Of a stretch of 64,000 bases of DNA, positions 37,125-58,060 are shown piece by piece; within the stretch, counting starts at the first letter, position 1; each line of letters begins with the position of its first letter. The translations under genes and the position numbers were made by a program. The notes beneath the pieces were generated by a model. The model was not told the DNA's origin, ran no database searches, and saw only the letters and a program-made list of their open reading frames with translations. The stretch is taken from assembly GCA_002269645.1 (NCBI GenBank), contig NIVC01000061.1, positions 372,001 through 436,000 on the forward strand. Reading direction: 5' to 3'. The DNA is from Macrostomum lignano (lineage: Eukaryota).

Positions 37125-38280
37125 ACTTAGGTGAATAAGTTATACTTCTAAGTTCTTTATATTATTATTTTACTATTAAGTTGGTTAAGGGTGGAAATAA
37201 CCACTGGAAATACAACTAGATAGGAGAGGCCCTAAGTCTTGACTCGTAAGTACTTGGTGGTAATTACAGGATGATCCAGGTTCTCAACATTTCTTGGATT
37301 ATACGATACTTAAAATTATGATATTAACGCGCATTTAGAACAATTCTGGCCCGTTGCAAGATGCCAAATTCTGTTGAAAAATCCAACATACGCATATTTA
37401 AATTATCTGAAACAGAATGAAAACCGTTTCAAAATAATATTGAAAGGCTTAATAGCAATTTCGATTTACTCATAGCGACTGCACCCGCCCTTGATTGGCA
37501 GGTATAGAACATATTGTAAAATGATCCTTTCCAAGCTGACACACCAATGGAAGAACTGCTGAAAATAGATTAACTATTCCCAATTTAACATAGAATGACA
37601 TTGTGTGAATTTTCCCGACTCATTTAGTAACTCATTTGCTTTACAAGTTTTCATAATGAGCATGAATGTATTGCGTGACTAAATATATCATTCTTTGTTA
37701 GTAAACACTAACTTGTTTTATCAAAAGGCCATAAATCATGATGCAATTATTTTTATAATTAACTAATTACTAGTAGAAGACAAGATAAGAAATTGAAATA
37801 ATTCGATTCGCTCAATAAAGCACACGACTCATTTTAGCATGTAATGGCATGAATGCTCATTGATATTTTTTCAATTTTGTCTGATACAGTATTAAAGTAT
37901 TGACAATATATTTAATCAATAATTCTAGAAGCATAAGAGAAAGGCCAACCGAGCCTGCATCATTTAGTGGGCCTAATAATTAGCCTATAATCCCATCTGT
38001 GATAAGTGCCCGCTACAGGTAATATAGGAATGTAGGTGCGCAGACGTAGCTTGTCAATGGCACCCAATTTCATCTCAGCTCCCAGAAAGGTAAAGTAAAA
38101 TGAAATTAAAAGCGACTTAAACTTAGACAGCAAAGAGAATCAACAGAATTTTAATACTCATAAATAGTAGACATGAGAGTTTATAAGCGATCATGAATAA
38201 TATGATTAGATTAGCGATAGCAGAGTGTGCATACTACTGAAAGTAGCCACAACGGTCCGCACAAATTCAGTCGACAAAAT

Positions 38281-38496
38281 TTACGACTTCTGACTGATAG
38301 TTTTGCCGGTTTTCTGCAGCGCCGCCAGCAGGTCGGCGGCGGGCAGCTCGGAGGTGACGGTGACCGTCTGCGTCGACACATCCGTCTCGGCGGTGACTTC
38401 AACGCCGCGCTCAGAGGCCAGCTTGGCCAGGACTCGTTTGGCAGCGTTGGCGCAGCCTTCGCAGGTCATCTCCATAGTGAACTGGTGGGTGGGCAT
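38281..38496 (-). CDS. ATOX1: Copper chaperone ATOX1/Atx1, 71 aa, intronless CDS
   Basis: MPTHQFTMEMTCEGCANAAKRVL...LQKTGK carries the MxCxxC metal-binding motif and the conserved KTGK. Confidence 0.92.
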   Translation of the reverse strand: MPTHQFTMEMTCEGCANAAKRVLAKLASERGVEVTAETDVSTQTVTVTSELPAADLLAALQKTGKTISQKS

Positions 38497-38694
38497 GGTC
38501 TGTGTGTGTGGGCGTCTGCTGGATACTGGCTCAGCGATGCAGCATGCATAAAAATGCAGCACAGCAGCTGAGACCTGATTCTTGACCAAACAATTAGCTG
38601 GTCAGTTCTCTTTAGGTTAAATTTATTAGCAGATAAATACAAAAGTGAGGAACAGAGACTGATTCAGTAAAACAGATCGACAGGTATAAAGACA

Positions 38695-38729
38695 GTCAGA
38701 CAGACAGACACTAAGACAGACACTAAGAC

Positions 38730-38766
<37 letters not shown>

Positions 38767-38825
38767 CTAAGACAGACACTAAGACAGACAGACAGACAGA
38801 CACTAAGACAGACAGACAGACAGAC

Positions 38826-38906
<81 letters not shown>

Positions 38907-39045
38907 CTAAGACAGACAGACAGACAGACACTAAGAGAGAGACAGACAGACAGACAGACACTAAGAGAGAGACAGACAGACAGACAGATAGACAGACAGA
39001 CAGACAGACACTAAGACAGACAGACAGACAGACAGACAGACAGTC

Positions 39046-39090
<45 letters not shown>

Positions 39091-39093
39091 CTA

Positions 39094-39160
<67 letters not shown>

Positions 39161-39205
39161 GAGACACTAAGACAGACAGACAGACAGACAGACAGACGGA
39201 CAGAC
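38695..39205. repeat. (GACA)n microsatellite with GACACTAA interruptions
   Basis: Direct reading. Confidence 0.95.
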
Positions 39206-39539
39206 ATAGCTGCATCGAAAATTTGCTCTCGCATCTGTAATTGAATACTACATAGGCTAAGAGCACCCTCTAAGTAGAATTACATACAGAAATAAAAATT
39301 AAATACTTCGTACGTCAAAATCAAATGAAGACAAAGGCACTAGCTCTTAAACTGTCGCACGGAAATGCTCTCGTCATCAATTTACTTATGGCTGAATGCG
39401 ATCGGCCATCCAATTTAAACTGTATTTGGGCGCGAAAAGGACAACTTATATAACTTTGAGTGTCACAAAAAATTAATGGACCTCAAATCTTAAAGAGGGA
39501 TTTGTAGGATTGTTTGTTATGTAAGATATTAACTTAACA

Positions 39540-39856
39540 CCCACCCCAAACCATAGCCAATCAGCAGCCGCCCTAATCTATAGCCAATCAGCAGCCACCC
39601 CAAACCACAGCCAATCAGCAACCACCCCAAACCACAGCCAATCAGCAGTCACCCCAAAGCACAGCCAATCAGCAGCCACCCAAACCATAGCCAATCAGCA
39701 GCCGCCCTAATCTATAGCCAATCAGCCACCCCAAACCATAGCCAATCAGCAGCCGCCCCAATCTATAGCCAATCAGCCACCCCAAACCATAGCCAATCAG
39801 CAGCCGCCCCAATCTATAGCCAATCAGCCACCCCAAACCATAGCCAATCAGCAGCC
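39540..39856. repeat. About 25-bp minisatellite with core AGCCAATCAG, directly 3' of the LARS1 stop
   Basis: Repeated TAGCCAATCAGCAGCC(A/G)CCCC units. Confidence 0.9.
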
Positions 39857-39858
39857 GG

Positions 39859-47709
<7,851 letters not shown>

Positions 47710-47942
47710 ATCTGAGATTTAGTCAAATCCTGCAGCTGTTTAGTAATTCTGTCAACTCTGGAAAATGGTTGTACAAAATTTCTGCATTTATAATCAGGTG
47801 GCAGAAAAATAACTGACGAAATACAACTGCAACTGCAAGAGAGAAGAATGCTAATTGCACATGCGGTCATCTGCTGTTCTATTTTTAGAAACAGAAAACT
47901 CCGCTCCCGTGCACTGAATGTGTACTGAATCTCACTTTTAGC

Positions 47943-48118
47943 CACAGATTCTATATTTACCCAGATGTGTCACTCCAGCATTTGCCAATGTATTTAGCAG
48001 CCGTCTCCAAGGCCCCGCTTGAGAGCAGCAGAAGCTACAGTCTATGGTCAAAACCCTGGGGTTTTCGCGCTGCGGCCAGGCAAGTGGATTGGCCCATGTA
48101 GTTAGTATAGAATCTGTG
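47943..48118. mobile_element. 176-bp MITE-like element upstream of LARS1
   Basis: Perfect 13-bp terminal inverted repeat CACAGATTCTATA (47943-47955) / TATAGAATCTGTG (48106-48118). No clear TSD. Confidence 0.5.
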
Positions 48119-48139
48119 CTATTAGCAGATCTAACTACT

Positions 48140-48975
48140 GACTACCTGCCTGTCTGCCTGCCCAACCGCCTAAGTACCTACCTACTTGACTTTACCTTAC
48201 TACCTATTCTACTTACCTGACTTTACCTACCTACCTAACGTATAATCTACCTACAAAACTTTACCTACCCACCATTAATCTACCTACCAAACTTTACCTA
48301 CCTACCATTAATCTACCTACCAAACTTTACCTACCTACCATTAATCTACCTACCAAACTTTACTTACCTACCATTAATCTACCTACCAAACTTTACCTAC
48401 CTACCATTAATCTACCTACCAAACTTTATCTACCTACCAAACTTTACCTACCTACCATTAATCTACCTACCAAACTTTACCTACCTACCATTAATCTACC
48501 TACCAAACTTTATCTACCTACCAAACTTTACCTACCTACCATTAATCTACCTACCAAACTTTACCTACCTACCATTAATCTACCTACCAAACTTTACTTA
48601 CCTACCAAACTTTACCTACCTACCATTAATCTACCTACCAAACTTTACCTACCTACCATTAATCTACCTACCAAACTTTACTTACCTACCATTAATCTAC
48701 CTACCAAACTTTACCTACCTACCATTAATCTACCTACCAAACTTTATCTACCTACCAAACTTTACCTACCTACCATTAATCTACCTACCAAACTTTACCT
48801 ACCTACCATTAATCTACCTACCAAACTTTAACTACCTACCATTAATCTACCTATCAAACTTTACCTACCTACCTAACGTTACCTACCTACCTACCCTACC
48901 TTACCTACCTACCTACCTTACCTACCTAACTTAACCTACCTACCTACCTATTTACCTACCTTACCTTAACTACCT
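48140..48975. repeat. 33-bp minisatellite (CCTACCATTAATCTACCTACCAAACTTTACCTA) with degenerate CTAC-rich flanks
   Basis: Tandem periodicity of 33. Confidence 0.9.
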
Positions 48976-49671
48976 TATACAGTGAAATAGTTTACGTAAC
49001 ACCAGGATTATCAATCAATCTAAAGTAAAGAAGTCTAGCCAGCCACTTCAGCTAGCTTACGACTTAAAGAATTCTATCATGTGAAGTTTTGAGCATGTGA
49101 AGCCACCTTAGATCAGGGCGTACTCTCGCAAGAGTGCCAAACAAGAGTCCATCCAGTTATAGCAAGACGCCTCCAGTACTTCTCTCATAAGAAGCTATAG
49201 CCAAGACTAATTGACTATTCTAAGAAAACTCGCGACAGCCCAACTCGATCATAAACGCAGCCAATTCCTATGCAGAAATCTGTGTTGCAACCAGCTCAAA
49301 CAAAACACACGAACAATGGCCGACAAAATCAATAGCGAACAAATTATAACTTTGGTTCTGTGGCGCATTTTATTTAGCAAGAATTTGTCCCAACACAAAC
49401 CGGTATCGGATCCCACATTTTACTATTAGTAATAAATTTTTAATAGATAATTATGTAGCTTGTTAGCTGGACTGGAGTAACTGGGGGAAGTGCTAAATGT
49501 GCAGCAATAGACGCTGATGGTCAGACAGATTTCTAAGCCTAAAAATTAACGGGAAAAATTGGAGAGAGAAAAAACATCGAAAATGTGGTGAAGGAAAAAA
49601 GCACTGGGAAAGTATGGAATAGAAATTGCCTTTAAATAAAAGGCCTAACGGAAACGATTGAAAAATGATGC

Positions 49672-50220
49672 TGGCTAGTGGATCACGTGACTCAGGCTAG
49701 TGGATCACGTGACTCAGGCTAGTGGATCACGTGACTCAGGCTAGTGGATCAGGTGACTCAGGCTAGTAGTTCACGTGACTCAGGCTAGTGAATCAGGTGA
49801 CTCAGGCTAGTGGTTCACGTGACTCAGGCTAGTGGATCCCGTGACTCAGGCTAGTGGTTCACTTGACTCAGGCTAGTGGATCCCGTGACTCAGGCTAGTG
49901 AATCAGGTGACTCAGGCTAGTAGTGGATCCCGTGACTCAGGTTAGTGGATCCCTGACTCAGGCTAGTAAATCAGGTGACTCAGGCTAGTAGTGGATCCCG
50001 TGACTCAGGCTAGTAGTGGATCCCGTGACTCAGGCTAGTAGTGGATCCCGTGACTCAGGCTAGTGAATCAGGTGACTCAGGCTAGTGGTTTACGTGACTC
50101 AGGCTAGTGAATCAGGTGACTCAGGCTAGTGGTTTACGTGACTCAAGCCAGTGGATCCTGTGACTCAGGCTAGTGGATCCCGTGACTCAAGCCAGTGGAT
50201 CACGTGACTCAGGCTAGTGA
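49672..50220. repeat. 22-bp minisatellite (GATCACGTGACTCAGGCTAGTG)
   Basis: Tandem periodicity of 22, about 24 copies. Confidence 0.92.
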
Positions 50221-50525
50221 CTCGGGTGTGACGAGCCTGACACTTGAGTATCAGGTGATTAAACAACACGACCCGACAGCAGTAATATAGAAGTAATATA
50301 GCAATAAAAGTACACATAATGTTTAATGGAAAGCGGCTATACTGAAACACAAAGCTATTAAAACAGATAGATAATTTCAATTTCCTATTCCAACAAAACC
50401 GGGCGGAATAAGAGAGAACAAAAATTAAAAAATAAGCACTAGTAACGAATTCGCTGTCTCCGAAGTGATAACCCGAAACCCAGCCAGATAGGGACTGTAG
50501 CCCAGCACCGGAGGCCGACCGTCAC

Positions 50526-53500
50526 TCAGGCGGCGAACTGAGCCAGGAACTCCTTGACGCTGTCGCCGTCGCGAGCTAGAATGGCCACATTCAGCCGAGT
50601 GTTCTCCAGAGCCTGCTTGATGTTGCGCTCGGCCGAGGGCGCCGGGTTGGCCTTGAAGAAGGCGTCGACATCGTCGGCGTCTTCGGCTGTGCAGAAATCG
50701 TTGCAGAGCAGCTGCACCAGCCGGCTGAGCAGGAATTGGCCGGCGAATTTCTCGACGAACCAGGACCAGCGAGACTTGACGAACTGCCAGGCGGCCCGGC
50801 GGGCTTCCAGGCTGTGGCAGGCGCCGCCAATCACGAATACCGTGTCCTGCAGGCGGACCTTGTCGCTGACGGCCAGCTCCAGGACGCGCTGGCGCAGCTC
50901 GGGGGCTCGGGCACGGCCGAGACAGCGAAGAATGCGGACCTGACGATGTTGTGTGTAGGGGGGGGGGTAATTTGACTTCAAGTGTCACATTAGGTCATTC
51001 AAGGTCACGGATCAGGTCAGTTAAGGTCACGGATCAGGTCAGTTAAGGTCACGGATCAGGTCAGTTAAGGTCACGGATCAGGTCAGTTAAGGTCACGGAT
51101 CAGGTCAGTTAAGGTCACGGATCAGGTCAGTTAAGGTCACAGATGGAATAACTTAAGGTAACAGACTACGTCTTTTGGGGTCACGGATCGGATCATTTAA
51201 GGTCGCAAAGCAGATCCTTTGAGATCATGGATTAGGTATGCCAGGTCATGGTTGGTGATGTCACATAAAGATCATGGTATGTGAAGTCACAGAAACGATG
51301 GAAGGTGAGGTCAGAGAGGCCATGGAAGGTGAGGTCTTAGAGGTCATGGAAGGTGAGGTCACAGAGGTCATGGAAGGTGAGGTCTTAGAGGTCATGGAAG
51401 GTGAGGTCTTAGAGGTGATGGAAGGTGAGGTCACAGAGGTCATGGAAGGTGAGGTCTTAGAGGTCATGGAAGGTGAGGTCACAGAGGTCATGGAAGGTGA
51501 GGTCACAGAGGTCATGGAAGGTGAGGTCACAGAGGCCATGGAAGGTGAGGTCACAGAGGCCATGGAAGGTGAGGTCACAGAGGTCATGGAAGGTGAGGTC
51601 ACAGAGGCCATGGAAGGTGAGGTCACAGAGGTCATGGAAGGTGAGGTCACAGAGGTCATGGAAGGTGAGTTCACAGAGGCCATGGAAGGTGAGGTCACAG
51701 AGGTCATGGAAGGTGAGTTCACAGAGGCCATGGAAGGTGAGGTCACAGAGGTCATGGAAGGTGAGGTCACGGAGGTCACAAAGGTCACAAAAGGCGCACT
51801 TCAAAGCTCCCACCTTCTCCTCCTGCATGTCGGTCTTTTCCAGCAGTTTGAGTACAGCCTCGAACTCCTCAACGCCGCCGTTAGCCAGCACGGTGCTGTA
51901 GACGCAGGCTCGCAGGTCGGGGGTTATGGGGCACTCGCCGGAGCAGTGCTTGGCAAACTTGGCCTTGGCCTCAGCCAGCACGGACTCGTGGCCGGCTCTG
52001 CCGAGGCAGCCGATCAGCACGGAGCGCAGCAGCGTGGCGTCGTGGCCGTCGGCAGGCCGGGCGTCCCAGCCCAGCCGCTGGTAGGCCGGCTCGCACAGCT
52101 GGCGCAGGAAGGCGCGCCACTTGTCCAGAAGGCCCAGGTGATCGGCAAGCACTTGGACGCTGCCCAGATTGCTGAGCAGGTCGGACCAGACAGTGTAGAA
52201 TTGTTCGGCTTTGTAGGCGTCGGCCAGCTGCAGCACCTGGACGATGGGCACCCGGCCGGCTGCCGCCAGGGCGAACAGGTCGTTCTCCAGGTTGAACCGG
52301 TCGCGCTGGCTCAGCTGTAGGGGAGAGACGGCAATTTTTAAAGGCGATTTTCTATCGTATTTATAAGACGATCCGTTACACACACACTGACCATTTTTCA
52401 GCCCATAATAATAACTGACTACACCTGACCCAATTGGGCCAGATGTACAACGGCTGCTCAGTCCAAGGACTGGGGGGTCGCCACACACACCCTCAATTAC
52501 CCCAGCTAATGCTGGCACCCATTTTACAGCTGGGTGAACTGAAGCAATGCAGAGTTAAGTGGTGTCTTGCTCAAGGGCACAGATTGTTCCAATGGGATTG
52601 GGAATCGAACCCCCCATCCACCTTCAAGTCATGAAGAGTCCGACACTCTGACCACTAGGCTACAACCCCATAGGAAGACAACAGGAGCTCTAATTGACTC
52701 ACCTGCCCGTGCTTCAGCGCGGCAATCAGGTCCTGCAGCATGGACGCGCTGTAGTCCACTCGGTACACCCCGATGCAGCCGGGGTTCAGCTTCACCCAGG
52801 CCGCCTTCGGCACGGTGAACGAGTCGGATTTCTCAGCCAGCATCAGCTGGTGTTTGTGTCCGGTAGCGGTCAGCACCTGGATGGGCACGCGCCACAGCAA
52901 ATCGGATTTGTTGGCACCGCCCAGCTGGAATTTCTCCTGCGTGATGGTCAGCTCCAGCTTGGAATCGTCGCCCTCCGCTGGCTTGGAGGCCACGCTGATG
53001 ACCGGGTAGCCCATCTGCTTGGTCCAGCCCTCCATGACGAACTGCACGGGCTGGCCGGAGGCGTCGGCCAGGGCCTCCCACAGGTTCTCGGTGCTGGCGT
53101 TGGCGAATTTATTCTGCTTCAGGTAACGGGTGAGGCCTTCGCGGAATGCGTCCTGGCCCAGCCACTCGTGCAGCATGCGGATGACCGAGGCGCCCTGGAT
53201 TGCGGATGAGCCGGGATCACCGGAATCTCAGGGATAGCAGGGATCACCGGAATCTCAGGGATAGCAGGGATCACCGGAATCTCATGGATAGCAGGGATCA
53301 CCGGAATCTCATGGATAGCAGGGATCACCGGAATCTCATGGATAGCAGGGACACCGGAATCTCATGGATAGCAGGGATCACCGGAATCTCATGGATAGCA
53401 GGGATCACCGGAATCTCATGGATAGCAGGGACACCGGAATCTCATGGATAGCAGGGATCACCGGAATCTCATGGATAGCAGGGATCACCGGAATCTCATG

Positions 53501-56440
53501 GATAGCAGGGATCACCGGAATCTCATGGATAGCAGGGATCACCGGAATCTCATGGATAGCAGGGATCACCGGAATCTCATGGATAGCAGGGACACCGGAA
53601 TCTCATGGATAGCAGGGATCACCGGAATCTCATGGATAGCAGGGACACCGGAATCTCATGGATAGCAGGGATCACCAGAATCCCAGGGATCACCAGAATC
53701 CCAGGGATCACCAGAATCCCAGGGATCACCAGAATCCCAGGGATCACCAGAATCCCAGGGATCACCAGAATCCCAGGGATCACCAGAATCCCAGGAATCA
53801 CCAGAATCCCAGGGATCACCAGAATCCCAGGGATCACCAGAATCCCAGGGATGACCGGAATCCCAGGGATGACCGGAATCCATAGAGATGACCGGAATCC
53901 ATAGAGATGACCGAAAACCACAGGGATAACCGGAATCCACAGGGGTGACCGGAATCCCAGTGATGAGCTCAAACCCACCTTAGAGTAGCTGATGGCATCG
54001 AAGATCTCGTCAATCTCGCTGGGATTGCCAACCTCCACCTGGATGGGGTGGCTGTTCTCCAGAGCGTCGAGCTCCAGAGCCCGGGACAGGTCGCTCTGAA
54101 CAAACCGAGTCCAGATGTCGAATTCCGGGTAGCAATGATCGACGCACAGGTATTCGATCCAGGAGGCGAAGCCCTCATTCAGCCACAAATCGGTCCACCA
54201 TTTCATGGTGACCAAATTGCCGAACCATTGATGGGCGAGCTCGTGGCCCACAACCAGAGCGACCTGCGGTGGAATGACAGCAGACAATGCTTATTAGTTA
54301 GGTTTGAAAACTTTCTAATTTTGGATAGTACTTTAACAATGCAAGTGGGAAAAGAAGCCGCAGAGGACATCCGGCAGTATTTCAAAGAAGCAGCTTTACT
54401 TCCAATCTTAAACTATTTTGTTCAAAACCAACAGTTGTGCGATAAGACTTTTCAATAAATCAATAGTACGCAGTCATACACACAGGCACACACACACATG
54501 AGTGTACAGCGGCCTTAACTTTATTAATCGTTAGGCATGCACACTTCAGCGTACCTTGGGGGTTGGCCCTGCAGAGCCGAGCCGAGATTCCAATTTATCC
54601 CCAAATTAATGTGACTGCACTTGGAATCGAGCCTGGGCCGCTGACACATCAGAGCGTCGCGCCAGACCACTGAACTACACCCCACGTCATTCGAGGTTAC
54701 AGATCGGGTCATTTGAGGTCACAGATAGGGTCGTTTGAGGTCACAAATCGGGTCATTTGAGGTCTCGGATCAAGTCGTTTGAGGTCACGGATTGGGTCAG
54801 TTGAGGATACGGATCGGGTCATTTGAGGTCACGGATTGGGTCGTTTGAGGATACGGATCGGGTTATTTGAGGTCACGGATCGAGTCGTTTGAGGATACGG
54901 ATCGGGTCATTTGAGGATACGGATCGGGTTATTTGAGGTCACGGATCGATTCGTTTGAGGATACGGATCGGGTTATTTGAGGTCACGGATTGGGTCGTTT
55001 GAGGATACGGATCGGGTTATTTGAGGTCACGGATCGAGTCGTTTGAGGATACGGATCGGGTTATTTGAGGTCACGGATCGGGTCGTTTGAGGATACGGAT
55101 CGGGTCATTTGAGGATACGGATCGGGTCATTTGAGGATACGGATCGGGTTATTTGAAGTCACGGATCGAGTCGTTTGAGGATACGGATCGGGTTATTTGA
55201 GGTCACGGATTGGGTCATTTGAGGATACGGATCGGGTTATTTGAGGATACGGATCGGGTTATTTGAGGTCACGGATCGAGTCGTTTGAGGATACGGATCG
55301 GGTCATTTGAGGATACGGATCGGGTTATTTGAGGTCACGGATTGGGTCATTTGAGGATACGGATCGGGTTATTTGAGGTCACGGATCGGGTCGTTTGAGG
55401 ATACGGATCGGGTCGTTTGAGGATACGGATCGGGTTGTTTAAGGATAAGGATCGGGTCGTTTGAGGATACGGATCGGGTCGTTTAAAAACACGGATCGGG
55501 TCATTTGAGGTCACGGTCCGTCACGGAGGTAATGGTTCAGGTTATTTAGGGACACGAATAGGGTCATTTGAGAGCGTAGATAAAGTAATTTAAGGTGGCA
55601 GGCGGAACCAAATTGTAAATTGAATTTACCATTTTACCAATTTTACCATCTGAAAATTGTTCAGATGGTACACATCTGAATATACTTCGTAATATGAGTC
55701 CGAAATACCTCAACAAACCTTGGTGCCATCCACCCCCCCCCACTGCTCACCCATTCCTTAGTAGCGGCACTGGAGTTATCCGCATCGACCAGCAGCGCGG
55801 TCTCCCTATAGGTGACCAGGCCCCAGTTCTCCATGGCCCCTGCGGCAAAGTCGGGAATGGCAATCAGATCCAGCTTGGGCAAGGGATAGGCAACGTTGAA
55901 GAACTTCCTGTAGAACGGCAGCGTCTTTTTAGCCACCTCCAGGGCGAAGAGCCCCTGATCTTTCTTGCCGATCGGGGTGAACACCCGCATCTTGATGAAA
56001 TCGGCGTCCCGACCTTCGACATAGTCGAATTTGCCAACCACGTAGGCCAGCAGGTAGGTGGACATGATCGGCGTGCGGTCGAACTTCACCGCGACAAGAC
56101 CGTCGGCCACTTCCGTACGGCTGACCTCCAACATGTTGGACACCGCCGTCAGGTTCTTGTCCACCACCAGGGTGACGTCGAAGGTGGCCTTGAGCTCCGG
56201 CTCGTCCCAGCAGGGCAGGGAGCGCCTGGCGTCAGTGGGCTCGAACTGAGTGACGGCGCAGCGAATCTCGTTGCCATCAGAGTCGGTGTACTTTGACCGG
56301 TAGAAGCCCTTCATGCGGTCGTTCAGAATGCCCGTGAACGACATGCTGAGCTTGCCTTCGCCTACCGGCAGCTCCGATGGGAACGAAAACTTCACCGTCT
56401 CCTCTTCAGTGTTGAAGCTGATTTCGGCGGAGGCTGATGG

Positions 56441-56475
<35 letters not shown>

Positions 56476-57206
56476 AGGCGGCGCGATTGTACAGAGCGCT
56501 CAAGATGCACTGATGGCATCTGACGCATTCACAAGTGCAGCTGCACTGATGGCATCTGACGCATTCACAAGTGCAGCTGCACTGATAGGATCTGATGGCA
56601 TTCACAAGTGCAGCTGCACTGATAGGATCTGATGGCACTAACAAGTGCAGCTGCACTGATAGGATCTGATGACATTAAAAAGTGCAGATGCACAGATGGC
56701 ACTCACAAGTGCAGATGCACAGATGGCACTCACAAGTGCAGCTGCACTGATGGCATCTGATGGCATTCACAAGTGCAGCTGCACTGATAGGATCTGATGG
56801 CATTCACAAGTGCAGATGCACTGATAGGATCTGATGGCATTCAAAAGTGCAGATGCACTGATAGGATCTGATGGCATTCAAAAGTGCAGATGCACTGATG
56901 GCATATGATGGCTGACAGCTCACTCACCATCGTTAAACTTAGCCGATTGGATTTCAATTTCAGCAGAGTTCAGCACCAGAGTCTTTGTCGGTTCAATGAC
57001 CTGTAGAGCATGACAGCGGCATTATTAATTGATACTCATAAATAACCTGCAATTACATGTAAGCAGAATTCACATATTGAAGACCCTACCTGAACAGTGA
57101 TAACCTGCTCGCCTTTGAAAGTGAAATCGTTCAAATTCGGCGTCAGAGTCAAATTGTAATTCACCGGCTTGGAGTGAGTTGGCAGTCTTTCGAACGGCTT
57201 GGACAT
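50526..57206 (-). CDS. NPEPPS: Puromycin-sensitive aminopeptidase (M1 family), 854 aa; exons 57206-57090, 57000-56928, 56433-55751, 54263-53979, 53194-52703, 52314-51814, 50939-50526
   Basis: N-terminal PFERLP, TQFEPTDARR, GAMENWG, HELAHQWFGN-x-NEG zinc motif, SYSK|GASVIRML, and ERAP1-like C-terminal domain. Six GT-AG introns with consistent phases; 2565 nt in total. Confidence 0.95.
51000..51790. repeat. 22-bp (GGTCAGTTAAGGTCACGGATCA) and 24-bp (GAGGTCATGGAAGGTGAGGTCACA) minisatellites in NPEPPS intron 6
   Basis: Tandem periodicities of 22 (51000-51140) and 24 (51290-51790). Confidence 0.92.
52345..52663 (-). mobile_element. tRNA-derived SINE family A, near full-length copy (NPEPPS intron 5)
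   Basis: The minus strand has A box TAGCCTAGTGG, B box GGTTCGATTCC, then GTGCCCTTGAGCAAGACACC and a body shared with 697-870. The 3' boundary is approximate. Confidence 0.78.
53210..53955. repeat. 27-bp and 18-bp related minisatellites in NPEPPS intron 4
   Basis: Units CCGGAATCTCATGGATAGCAGGGATCA and CCCAGGGATCACCAGAAT. Confidence 0.92.
54472..54680 (-). mobile_element. tRNA-derived SINE family B copy (NPEPPS intron 3)
   Basis: The minus strand has A box TAGTTCAGTGG, B box GGCTCGATTCC, a body shared with 33387-33640, and a TG-rich tail. Confidence 0.75.
54685..55520. repeat. 22-bp minisatellite (GAGG(TC/AT)ACGGATCGGGT(C/T)(A/G)TTT) in NPEPPS intron 3
   Basis: Tandem periodicity of 22. Confidence 0.92.
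56495..56910. repeat. 37-bp minisatellite containing the palindrome GTGCAGCTGCAC, in NPEPPS intron 2
   Basis: Tandem periodicity of about 37. Confidence 0.9.
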
Positions 57207-57577
57207 TGTCGATTTTTAGTGCTTTGTGAAACAAATACTGGGATTTGATTAGCGAGTTGTCGTCTTCAGACGCGAGAATGCAAGAGCATGCATTAATAAC
57301 ATGTGTCAAAACGATTTACCTGGCAGAATTTAATCAGTGTAAGGAATATATATATGTATAAGTAATCAACAAAGATTACGATAAAAGACCAGTGTAGCCT
57401 GAAATCTCCCAGCTCAAGCCGCAGTCTGTCTTTGCAAACGGCGATAAGAGAGTGACGACGCTTTGAGTTTGAGTAGCTGCTATCTGCCATGGGCTTAAGA
57501 AGAGCGCTCACTACTCACAGCTAAATTTGTGAATGAAGTAATTGAGACTGAGAAACTCCGGTCATAAAAAGCTTAGT

Positions 57578-58060
57578 TAGGTCACGGACAGCTCATTTGG
57601 GTCCTGGACATCTCATTTAGGTCACGGACAGCTTATTTGAGTCCTGGACAGCTCATCTCATTTGGGCCATGGACAGCTTATTTTGGTCCTGGACAGCTCA
57701 TCTCATTTGGGCCATGGACAGCTTATTTGGGTCCTGGACAGCTCATCTCATTTGGGCCATGGACAGCTTATTTGGGTCCTGGACATCTCATTTGGGCCAT
57801 GGACAGCTTATTTGGGTCCTGGACAGCTCATTTCATTTGGGTCATGGACAGCTTATTTGGGTCATGGACAGCTCATCTCATTTGGGCCATGGACAGCTTA
57901 TTTGGGTCATGGACAGCTTATTTGGGTCATGGACAGCTCATTTGGGTCATGGACAGCTCATCTCATTTGGACCATGGACAGCTTATTTGGGTCCTGGACA
58001 GCTCATTTCATTTGGGCCATGGACTTCTCATTTGGGTCATGGACAGCTTTTTTGGATCAC
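57578..58060. repeat. 20/25-bp minisatellite (GGTC(A/C)TGGACAGCT(T/C)ATTTG)
   Basis: Tandem periodicity read directly. Confidence 0.9.

Noticed and set aside
38497-38589. 31-aa N-terminal extension of ATOX1 in the ORF track
   Set aside because: Homology begins at MPTHQF (38496). The extension is unconserved in appearance and probably 5' UTR or intron.
52590-52663. Possible tRNA gene (A and B boxes)
   Set aside because: No closing acceptor stem is evident, and the sequence continues into a body shared with 697-870, so it is a SINE head. The same reasoning applies to 33387-33460 and 54610-54680.
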